Shown here piece after piece: positions 8,944 through 15,364 of a DNA stretch of 55,042 bases. Position 1 is the first letter of the stretch. Every line of letters begins with the position of its first letter. The position numbers and the translations under genes were made by a program. The stretch comes from a virus (taxonomy: Duplodnaviria > Caudoviricetes), in the IMG/VR virus record IMGVR_UViG_3300017991_000133, positions 1-55,042 of that record; one strand, written 5' to 3'. The notes below the pieces were generated by a model that did no database searches, was not told the DNA's origin, and saw only the letters and a list, made by a program, of their open reading frames with translations.

Positions 8944-9957
8944 TCATTCCTTTTCGGGGTCTGTGGTCGCGGGATCTCCCTCGAAGAGCGGCTTTTCTGC
9001 TTTTGGCTTTGGCTTGCTGGCTTTGGGATCCGTCTCGTCTTCGGTGGCCTCTTCGACCGCCTGGGCTTCCTCGTCGGGCTCGGGCTCTATCGATTCGCGC
9101 ACCACCTCGGCCTTGATCTCTGTGGATCCCTGCTCCGCCTGGCGCATGACCTGCTCCATCTCTTCGCTTCCGTGCTCGTGGCGCCAGCCCCAAACGGTCA
9201 CGGTGGCGACGCCGTTGTTGTCCGGCTCTACGCGGCCCACAGCGATCCCGGGGTGTGTCTTCAGGATGTTCCTCTCCACGATGGTTTGGGCGATGCGGTC
9301 GCCGAATCGCTGACGCTGTGTGTGCTCCTCAAGGCATTCCTTAATGGCATCGTCGCGATAGTTGATCCAGAGCCCCAGCGGCGGCGCCGTGGGCAGGAAT
9401 ACCCACTTGCCATCCTCTTCCGGCTTGTCGTCCTTGGTACCTATGCGGGCGGCGTTTGGGTGCTTCAGCTGGCCTGTCTTTTCGGCCTTGCCCTTTTGCT
9501 TGTTGTACTTCCATTCTTCCCTGTTCATCTTGGATTGAATGCTCTGGATAAAGTAGGTGTAGACGTTGTAATAAATGGTTTTGTCGATGACCACCAGGTT
9601 GCCCGCCGGGCTGTAGCCTATGCCCATCTTGCGGACGTTGGCCGTGAGGACGGCTTTGGTGTCTGGATCCCGCTCGATCATGGGATTGGGGCAGTCGTGG
9701 CCGTCTACGCTGATTTTCTGCGGCGTAAAAAGCGATACGCTGGCCACCTTGTTGAGCTGTTTGTAGCCGTCGTAGGTGACCGCCCATTTCTGGCCCACCT
9801 TGTAGATGTGGTCCTTGCTTTCGTAGAGCTGCATCTCCGCCTTGACGGGCCTCATGATGGCTCCCTGCGGAGAGCGCTTCACGTAGACCGTGCCGAACTC
9901 GGCGCGCAGCGCCAGCTTGTCATCCGGCCGGTTATCCTGGGTTGCTTTGTTTGTCAT
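8944..9957 (-). CDS. Probable single-strand annealing/recombination protein
   Basis: Lies upstream of the exonuclease, has an acidic disordered C-terminus; family not recognised, call is from context. Confidence 0.4.
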   Translation of the reverse strand: MTNKATQDNRPDDKLALRAEFGTVYVKRSPQGAIMRPVKAEMQLYESKDHIYKVGQKWAVTYDGYKQLNKVASVSLFTPQKISVDGHDCPNPMIERDPDTKAVLTANVRKMGIGYSPAGNLVVIDKTIYYNVYTYFIQSIQSKMNREEWKYNKQKGKAEKTGQLKHPNAARIGTKDDKPEEDGKWVFLPTAPPLGLWINYRDDAIKECLEEHTQRQRFGDRIAQTIVERNILKTHPGIAVGRVEPDNNGVATVTVWGWRHEHGSEEMEQVMRQAEQGSTEIKAEVVRESIEPEPDEEAQAVEEATEDETDPKASKPKPKAEKPLFEGDPATTDPEKE

Positions 9958-10059
9958 TCGTCCTCCTTGAGTTTTTTATTTTTGTGTGCTACCATCGCCT
10001 TAACTTTCCCCGGCCTGGCCGCCGAAAATCACCGGCAATTCCTCCTTAGCCAGGCCGCT

Positions 10060-10470
10060 TTATTTTTTCAAATAATTCCATAGGTCGCTTACTTGCTTGC
10101 GGATGTCCTCGAGCGCATCCTTGGTTGCCCGGCCCTGCGCCTTGAGCTCTTCTCGTGATTCTTTGGGCGTGCCGCCGAGCTGGAACTGCTCTAGCAGCCA
10201 GCGCTCGTAGCCAAGCAAGCGCCGGTTCGCTGCGAGTGTTTCCTTGCGCAGCTTTTTCACTTCTTCCCGGAGCTCCGCCACCTCTACCACCACATCCTCG
10301 TGCTTGCGCTTTAGCAGCTTGTGCCACTGGCGCTGGTGATCGCTGTTGGGGCAGAAGTGCTGCCATTCCCGGTTCGTCCCAAACTCCCGCCGGCAGCTGG
10401 GCAGGCGGCAGGTCCGCCAGTACTTCCATCCGGCGCTTTTGTCAAAATGGCTTTTGTGTTTTTTAGCCAT
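10060..10470 (-). CDS. Zinc-finger plus coiled-coil hypothetical protein
   Basis: CxxxxC...F...FC...H followed by heptads. Confidence 0.6.
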   Translation of the reverse strand: MAKKHKSHFDKSAGWKYWRTCRLPSCRREFGTNREWQHFCPNSDHQRQWHKLLKRKHEDVVVEVAELREEVKKLRKETLAANRRLLGYERWLLEQFQLGGTPKESREELKAQGRATKDALEDIRKQVSDLWNYLKK

Positions 10471-10615
10471 TCTCAGGCCCTCTCGCGGCCGAGCTCTGTT
10501 TGTGTGCGTGAGTGCTAAAGGCTCCGTGTAAATGCATATACGGATTTTTTACGGTACTTTGGGGTTCGGTCGTAGATGGGTTTTTAGCCCAGGGCTCTGT
10601 GGTGCCCATTGGGCG

Positions 10616-10834
10616 CTATCCTTGCCGGGTCTGTTTCTGTGCTGCTGGGGCAGTCCCGGCATGGGCCTCGATGAAGATGCGGATGAGGCGCCTCATCGAT
10701 GGCAGCGGGGTGTGGCGCCCGGTGAACCAGCGATGCAGGGTCGTGTAGCTGATCTCGAGCTCCCGGCAGATAGCCTCGTTGCTTAGCTTTTCGCGCTCTT
10801 TGATCTCGCGCAATTTCTCTAGCTCGTATACCAT
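10616..10834 (-). CDS. Cro/XRE-family HTH regulator
   Basis: 'LSNEAICRELEISYTTLHRWFTGRHTP'; first gene after the leftward promoter; GGAGG SD. Confidence 0.85.
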   Translation of the reverse strand: MVYELEKLREIKEREKLSNEAICRELEISYTTLHRWFTGRHTPLPSMRRLIRIFIEAHAGTAPAAQKQTRQG

Positions 10835-10854
10835 ATTGTCCTCCTGTGCTTTAA

Positions 10855-10883
10855 ATAATATAGGTCGCCATGGCGCTTGTCAA
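10855..10883 (-). promoter_or_regulatory. Leftward sigma70 promoter
   Basis: TTGACA-17 nt-TATTAT on the - strand; spacer contains palindrome CGCCATGGCG. Confidence 0.85.
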
Positions 10884-11116
10884 GTGTTTTATAAAAGTTT
10901 TTGGACTCCAGGGCCTGGCGGGATCCTGGCGCCGGCGATTCCGGGTGCATTGCTGGCCGGTCGCGCCGGCCGCGGGTGGGTCCCGGGACGCTTCTTCCCT
11001 GGGGGGGCTCCTGGCCAAAAGAGGACCGGCCTTTTTGGAAAGATGGGAAAAAAGGCCAAAAGTGCCCAAATACTGTGCAAAATCCCAACTTTTTTTCAAG
11101 TTTTTTTGAAAAAGAC

Positions 11117-11145
11117 TTGACATTCGCCATGGCAAACGCTATATT
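11117..11145 (+). promoter_or_regulatory. Rightward sigma70 promoter driving the ribozyme-punctuated operon
   Basis: TTGACA-17 nt-TATATT with upstream A/T tracts (UP-like); spacer contains CGCCATGGCA. Confidence 0.88.
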
Positions 11146-11227
11146 ATTAATAGGATGAAAAAGAAAAAGGGCGACAGAGAGACGGTCAGCGGATGTCAAG
11201 GCCAGTTAGGTCAAGTCCTTTTCCTTG

Positions 11228-11239
11228 GCTCTTTGAAAA
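11228..11239 (+). promoter_or_regulatory. boxA-like antitermination site
   Basis: GCTCTTTGAAAA, ~80 nt downstream of the promoter, resembles rrn/lambdoid boxA. Confidence 0.6.
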
Positions 11240-11253
11240 AAGAAAGCTGAATA

Positions 11254-11378
11254 GGCTGCCTGGGGTGACTGCCCCAGCGCTCCTCGGCCGGCGAACCGGG
11301 CGGTAGCTGACGCGAGTCAGCGAGAATCGGATGGCTGCCCGAGGGTGCCAGCGCTGCGGCGGGTGTTCCCGGGGGCTC
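11254..11378 (+). ncRNA. Structured leader RNA of unknown function (branched rod)
   Basis: Nested pairings CAGCGCT/AGCGCTG and CCTCGG/CCGAGG; hairpins CCGG-CGAA-CCGG and GCTGAC-GCGA-GTCAGC. Confidence 0.5.
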
Positions 11379-11409
11379 GAAAAGCAGAATCAAAAACCTC
11401 CCTCCCAAA

Positions 11410-11479
11410 TTCGAAAGCGGGGAGGGCTTCTTCCCGCTCCCTCCGGTGCTAGCCGGCCGGGGGCTGAAGAGATAGGCTT
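11410..11479 (+). ncRNA. Type II hammerhead ribozyme 1 (predicted cut after C11439)
   Basis: GAAA 11413-16; stem III GCGGGGAG/CTTCCCGC; CUC triplet; stem I CCTCCGG/CCGGGGG; CUGAAGA 11464-70; stem II only 2 bp; loop AGCC pairs with tail GGCT. Confidence 0.8.
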
Positions 11480-11501
11480 AATTTTTTTTGGGAGGTTTTC
11501 T

Positions 11502-11744
11502 GTGAAATACACAATCGAAAAACTGGAGCTTGTGGATCCCGAGCGGAACCACTGCAAATTTTACGAGCTCGAGTATGACGCGTTCGATAAGAGCGCTGTC
11601 GTGGTCACCCGCCGCTGGGGCCGCATCGGCACCACCGGCCAGGTCCGAAAGGATACGTTCCCTACCAGCGTCGAGGGCTATGCCTTCTTCAACGAAATCC
11701 TTTACTCGAAGCTGCGCAAGGGCTACCGCACGGTAGATTGCTGA
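11502..11744 (+). CDS. Stand-alone WGR-domain protein
   Basis: GTG start after GGGAGG; 'NHCKFYEL...VTRRWGRIGTTGQ...KLRKGY'. Confidence 0.9.
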   Translation: MKYTIEKLELVDPERNHCKFYELEYDAFDKSAVVVTRRWGRIGTTGQVRKDTFPTSVEGYAFFNEILYSKLRKGYRTVDC

Positions 11745-11746
11745 AC

Positions 11747-11846
11747 GCCGAAACCGGGGCATCAGGGCCCGGGCATGTGGGCTTTGTCTGCATGCCGGTC
11801 CTCCCGGTCCCTCGGGTTGACATCCCGGGGCTGACGAGGCTGTCAG
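11747..11846 (+). ncRNA. Type II hammerhead ribozyme 2 (cut after C11809), extended stem III
   Basis: GCC-GAAA; stem III CCGGGG/TCCCGG with a long internal hairpin; GUC; stem I CCTCGGG/CCCGGGG; CUGACGA; GGC; loop TGACA pairs with tail TGTCA. Confidence 0.92.
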
Positions 11847-11871
11847 ATTAAATCTTTTGGGAGGTTTTCAA

Positions 11872-12162
11872 ATGTCTAAACTTTCATCTTATGCAATGGG
11901 CGGCGGCCGCAAGGCTAAGCCGGTTACGGATCCGTCCAAGTTCTCGCGTCATTTCAATCTGGACGATGTCGAGGGCATCATCGGGTTGATGGATGCCAAC
12001 GTTCTGGTGGCTGCGGCTGCCGGTCAGATCGACCTCAACGAGGTCGCTTCCTGGGAGTTGGCCAATCGCGGGATGAACCGCATGGGCGAATGGGTAGGCT
12101 TCGACGAGGCCAAGAGGCGCCATGAGGCGCGCGCCGTCACGCACGGCTGGCCTAAGAGGTAG
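11872..12162 (+). CDS. Small hypothetical early protein
   Basis: ATG after U-tract and GGGAGG; 'ELANRGMNRMGEWVGFDEAK'. Confidence 0.85.
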   Translation: MSKLSSYAMGGGRKAKPVTDPSKFSRHFNLDDVEGIIGLMDANVLVAAAAGQIDLNEVASWELANRGMNRMGEWVGFDEAKRRHEARAVTHGWPKR

Positions 12163-12230
12163 CCGAAACGGAGGGCTCCCCGATCCTCCGTCCCTCCGGG
12201 GTGACTTCCCGGAGGCTGATGAGGCAAGTC
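12162..12230 (+). ncRNA. Type II hammerhead ribozyme 3 (cut after C12192)
   Basis: GCC-GAAA; stem III CGGAGGG/TCCTCCG; GUC; stem I CCTCCGGG/CCCGGAGG; CUGAUGA; GGC; loop GACTT pairs with tail AAGTC. Confidence 0.95.
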
Positions 12231-12253
12231 GAAAAATTTTGGGAGGTTCAAAA

Positions 12254-12571
12254 ATGTTTGAGAAAGACTGTGATTATGAGGTCATGAAAGACGGCGCCAG
12301 CCTGGTCGCTTCGGTGGCCATGGGATCCGGCATCGGCACTTCCTGGAGGCAGAAATCCTTTAAGCTTCCTAAGGGCGCGCTTATCCACTACGAGGGCCGC
12401 GGGAAGGCCATTTTTTCCGGCAGTGTCGAGATGGAATTCTTTTCCATCGTGACCTCGGGATTTGGCGCAGACGCCGGTTCGGACATGAGCGGAGTTGTTT
12501 ACTTCAAAGGCTATTTCGAGCCTAATTCCTGGGGCTGCGTGCCTGCTGGGTATCTCCGCAAGGTCGACTAA
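12254..12571 (+). CDS. Small hypothetical early protein
   Basis: ATG after GGGAGG; MFEKDCDYEV...GYLRKVD. Confidence 0.85.
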   Translation: MFEKDCDYEVMKDGASLVASVAMGSGIGTSWRQKSFKLPKGALIHYEGRGKAIFSGSVEMEFFSIVTSGFGADAGSDMSGVVYFKGYFEPNSWGCVPAGYLRKVD

Positions 12572-12635
12572 TCGAAACGGGGGCTTGGGGCCCTCGTCGC
12601 CGGGAGGTGACCGTCCCGGCCTGAAGAGATAGGTC
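12571..12635 (+). ncRNA. Type II hammerhead ribozyme 4 (cut after C12598)
   Basis: ATC-GAAA; stem III CGGGGGC/GCCCTCG; GUC; stem I GCCGGGA/TCCCGGC; CUGAAGA; GAT; loop GACC pairs with tail GGTC. Confidence 0.95.
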
Positions 12636-12661
12636 GAAATTAATTTGGGAGGTTTTCTAAA

Positions 12662-13057
12662 ATGGCTAAGAAAAAAGAACAGTGGGCAATCGATTATGAG
12701 GTCCGGGTCGCGGCCATCCGGCGGGCGATTAATGTGGACGGCCACAAGTTCTATCTTGACACCTATTTGGGCCGCAAGCTGGTCCTGGCCATTGACGCGG
12801 ATGGCAGCACTGCTGTTTCCGGCCTTGGCACCTGGAGCCAGCACTCCTGGGCGATCTGCTCCACTCAGGTTTATCCCTGGGCAGAGGAGATTGGGATCCC
12901 TCAGGACAAGCACTTCAAGTTCGAAGTGTTCTCAACTCACCGCAGCGAGCAGGCCGCCGAGAAGCGGGCGCTCATGGAGCTCGATGTCAAGTCTTTTGTC
13001 GATTACCGGATCGTCAACCAGCCCAATGGGCTTTCTGTCCTATGGGTTGCTAGATGA
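12662..13057 (+). CDS. Hypothetical early protein
   Basis: ATG after GGGAGG; 131 aa. Confidence 0.85.
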   Translation: MAKKKEQWAIDYEVRVAAIRRAINVDGHKFYLDTYLGRKLVLAIDADGSTAVSGLGTWSQHSWAICSTQVYPWAEEIGIPQDKHFKFEVFSTHRSEQAAEKRALMELDVKSFVDYRIVNQPNGLSVLWVAR

Positions 13058-13059
13058 CA

Positions 13060-13123
13060 GCCGAAACGGGGCGCCGCCCCGTCCTCCCGGGAGTGACCGT
13101 CCGGGAGCTGAAGAGGCAGGTCA
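13060..13123 (+). ncRNA. Type II hammerhead ribozyme 5 (cut after C13083)
   Basis: GCC-GAAA; stem III CGGGGC/GCCCCG; GUC; stem I CTCCCGGG/TCCGGGAG; CUGAAGA; GGC; loop TGACC pairs with tail GGTCA. Confidence 0.95.
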
Positions 13124-13149
13124 AATTATTTTCTTTGGGAGGTGTTTTT

Positions 13150-13410
13150 ATGAGTAAGGAAAAACTCGTTTCTATTCCAGCCGGGTTTAAGTGCCCGGCC
13201 GTTGCTAACTTGCCGGCGGATCCGGCGCTCGAGAGTATGGAGTGCTCGGTGTTCGGTCAGACAAACTGGTTCTGCCCCTACGCTGCTTTTCCGTGCTTAG
13301 AGGAGCGCCGGCTGAGCGCTGACTGTCCGTATGCTCCTGCTGAAATCTGGCGCCACTTCCGGAATTTCCGCGAGCGCGTAGAGCTCGAGGCGCTGGAGGG
13401 AAAGGGATGA
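13150..13410 (+). CDS. Small Cys-rich hypothetical early protein
   Basis: ATG after GGGAGG; five Cys. Confidence 0.8.
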   Translation: MSKEKLVSIPAGFKCPAVANLPADPALESMECSVFGQTNWFCPYAAFPCLEERRLSADCPYAPAEIWRHFRNFRERVELEALEGKG

Positions 13411-13631
13411 CAAAAATCAAGGAATATTTAAACACTCCTGTTTTTGTTTTTCTCTATGAAGATGCTATTCCGGAGGTCATTCTCTGGATGGTGTTTTACA
13501 ATGGCATCGTCGATGCCGTGGAGCTGCTGGCGGCATGGCTCGGGGATGCGTCCGAGACTTATCTTCGCGGCTTAACGGTTACCGTCGTCGACGCCGATGA
13601 GCTGCCGGGCGATCCCTTTGAGTGGATGTGA
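13407..13631 (+). CDS. Small acidic hypothetical protein
   Basis: ATGA-coupled to the previous gene. Confidence 0.75.
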   Translation: MTKIKEYLNTPVFVFLYEDAIPEVILWMVFYNGIVDAVELLAAWLGDASETYLRGLTVTVVDADELPGDPFEWM

Positions 13632-13696
13632 TCGAAACGGGCCCTTGCGGGCTCGTCGCTCCGGGTTGATCACCGGGGCCTGATGAGATTGATCAA
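13631..13696 (+). ncRNA. Type II hammerhead ribozyme 6 (cut after C13657)
   Basis: ATC-GAAA; stem III CGGGCCC/GGGCTCG; GUC; stem I GCTCCGG/CCGGGGC; CUGAUGA; GAT; loop TTGATCA pairs with tail TGATCAA. Confidence 0.95.
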
Positions 13697-13718
13697 ATTT
13701 TTTATGGGAGGTATCGTT

Positions 13719-13955
13719 ATGGACCGTTTAAGTGGACAGAAAAATTTCCACTACGGGCTGGACTTCGTACTCAGTCACCGCGCCGAAGATGTGGCAGAGG
13801 CCATCGATATGCTGGCCAGCCGCAATCGCTTTGAGAAGGTCAAGCGGGTCGTTATTCGGCCTGAGGAGAAGCCCGCTCTGCGACGGCAGCTCGAGGAGCG
13901 CATGAAGGTGCGCCGCCGCAAGGCTGAGCGCCGCCGCGGGGAGTACCGGAAATGA
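13719..13955 (+). CDS. Small basic hypothetical protein
   Basis: ATG after GGGAGG. Confidence 0.8.
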   Translation: MDRLSGQKNFHYGLDFVLSHRAEDVAEAIDMLASRNRFEKVKRVVIRPEEKPALRRQLEERMKVRRRKAERRRGEYRK

Positions 13956-14182
13956 CCTTACAGGCACTTTTGGTAATAGGGCTGCTGCTCTGGTGCTTTG
14001 CGCTGACCGTGCTGCTTATGCGCGAGATGCGCCGCTGCGACCGGATGCGGCACAAGCTGCTTGAGATCCTCCGCGAAATGACGGCGGATTCTCACCAGCA
14101 GGATCTGTTCCCCCAGGCTTATCGTGATGCGGTTTCGCATTACTCTCTGGCCATAGAAGGAGTTGTCAATGAAAGTGATTAG
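13952..14182 (+). CDS. Small membrane-anchored hypothetical protein
   Basis: N-terminal TM; ATGA coupling. Confidence 0.7.
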   Translation: MTLQALLVIGLLLWCFALTVLLMREMRRCDRMRHKLLEILREMTADSHQQDLFPQAYRDAVSHYSLAIEGVVNESD

Positions 14183-14405
14183 CGAGATTAAGCTGCCAGG
14201 TGATATCGAGGTCAAAAAGGTTCCGTCCGACCAGATCCGCGTAGAGATCACCATGGAGTGCACGGACATCTATTTCCGCGAGCTGGATGCATCGATCCAG
14301 GAGGCGGTGGGAAGGTCGTTCCAGGAGCTGCTGCAGAGCGCTGTTATGCGACAGGTGGAAAAGGTAGAGGAGAATTACCTGGAGCGGATTCGGGCGAAAT
14401 CTTAG
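14169..14405 (+). CDS. Small hypothetical protein
   Basis: ATG after AGGAG; overlaps the previous stop. Confidence 0.75.
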   Translation: MKVISEIKLPGDIEVKKVPSDQIRVEITMECTDIYFRELDASIQEAVGRSFQELLQSAVMRQVEKVEENYLERIRAKS

Positions 14406-14507
14406 CCGAATCGGGACCATTCCCCGGAGGTCCCGATGGTGCGGCGATGGCTGACCGCGCCCTGATGATCGCGAGAGCGAGTGCGCCGAGAGGTGCACGG
14501 CAGGCCA
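14405..14507 (+). ncRNA. Variant type II hammerhead ribozyme 7 (U15.1-A16.1 swap, two inserted GAGA hairpins; predicted cut after U14437)
   Basis: GCC-GAAU; stem III CGGGACC/GGTCCCG; GAU; stem I GGTGCGG/CCGCGCC; CUGAUGA; TCGC-GAGA-GCGA; GTGCGCC-GAGA-GGTGCAC; GGC; loop TGGCT pairs with tail GGCCA. Confidence 0.75.
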
Positions 14508-14529
14508 AAATTCAACGGGAGGTATCGTT

Positions 14530-14859
14530 ATGAAAATTTATTTCGGTGTTGGCTCGGGTCCCGGCCCGAGGCTGATCGAGGTCCTGGGAAGCCGGGACGG
14601 TGCGGGCAGAGAGGCTCGGCCCTATCCGCTGCGCCATTTCGTCCGGCACAGTCCGGATGGCTTTCAGTGGGGATATGCAGGGAGCGGGCCCGCGGATGCG
14701 GCGCGCTGTATTTTGATCGATTGCGTAGGAGTCGATCTGGCGGATCGTTTTTACCAGCGATTCAAGCAGGACTTCATCGCTCCTGCCGGCGACCGGCTGT
14801 ATATCACGGAGGCGGAGATCCGCGAATGGCTGGAGGATCAGGCTGGGTACTATGGATAA
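14530..14859 (+). CDS. DUF6166-like protein
   Basis: 'RHSPDGFQWGYAGSGPADAARCIL...YQRFKQDFIA' signature. Confidence 0.75.
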   Translation: MKIYFGVGSGPGPRLIEVLGSRDGAGREARPYPLRHFVRHSPDGFQWGYAGSGPADAARCILIDCVGVDLADRFYQRFKQDFIAPAGDRLYITEAEIREWLEDQAGYYG

Positions 14860-15103
14860 GTTCGAGTCGCAGGAGGTCGGGTTTCAGCTTGCTGCGGAGG
14901 CCGGCGTTCCGGTCCGCGGCATCGTCGATGGTGTAAGGTACATTTTCTTTCCTTCTGGCCATCGCAAGGAGGTCAGAGCAGGAGGCATGAAACGCTCGCC
15001 CACGGCGCCGCTCGATGCGGATACGAAAGTCGTGAGGTGCCCGGCGTGTCGCTTCACAGTATTCCGGGATGGCTGCTGCAGCTACTGTGGAGAGAAATTT
15101 TAG
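14852..15103 (+). CDS. Small zinc-ribbon protein
   Basis: C-terminal CPAC...CSYCG. Confidence 0.7.
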   Translation: MDKFESQEVGFQLAAEAGVPVRGIVDGVRYIFFPSGHRKEVRAGGMKRSPTAPLDADTKVVRCPACRFTVFRDGCCSYCGEKF

Positions 15104-15119
15104 CCTCCCAAATCTTTTA

Positions 15120-15156
15120 GGCCCAGGGGCCGGTTGGTTCCTGGGCCTTTTTTTTT
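15120..15156 (+). terminator. Intrinsic terminator ending the + strand operon
   Basis: GGCCCAGG/CCTGGGCC hairpin followed by T9. Confidence 0.85.
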
Positions 15157-15364
15157 GGCCAAAAATATCGGCGCACAGGCGGCTTCTGGTCGCCTCGTTT
15201 CGTAAAAAGCCGTATTTCAGGATGAAAGCGCAGGATAAATAGTGCAAAAAGCCCTAATATTGCACAAGCTATTGAAATTGTGCTGTTTAGGCCGGAATAA
15301 AAACGCTCTGAGAGGCGCTACGGCGGGCGTTCTCTTGTCGATGCTTATATCCGGTCGCTCAAAA

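Noticed and set aside
6546-10083. Long + strand ORFs (6546-7859, 8911-10083, and likewise 34699-35844)
   Set aside because: They are antisense shadows of well-supported - strand genes in GC-rich DNA, with no motifs or ribosome sites.
11226-11388. Possible eighth hammerhead (type III-like: GCUC...CUGAAUAG...CGAAAAGC) around the leader rod
   Set aside because: G8 is replaced by U (breaking the C3-G8 pair), there is an extra A in the GAAA strand, and stems I and III are negligible; at best a relic.
11331-13718. N-terminal extensions given by the ORF track for the array genes (starts at 11331, 12122, 13054, 13683)
   Set aside because: They run through the ribozymes; the real starts follow the GGGAGG sites at 11502, 12254, 13150 and 13719.
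11410-14507. Spacers read as CRISPR repeats, integron attC sites, REP elements or simple terminators
   Set aside because: They are not identical direct repeats, there is no cas cluster or integrase, and the invariant parts are exactly the hammerhead core (GAAA, NUH, CUGANGA) in the correct topology.
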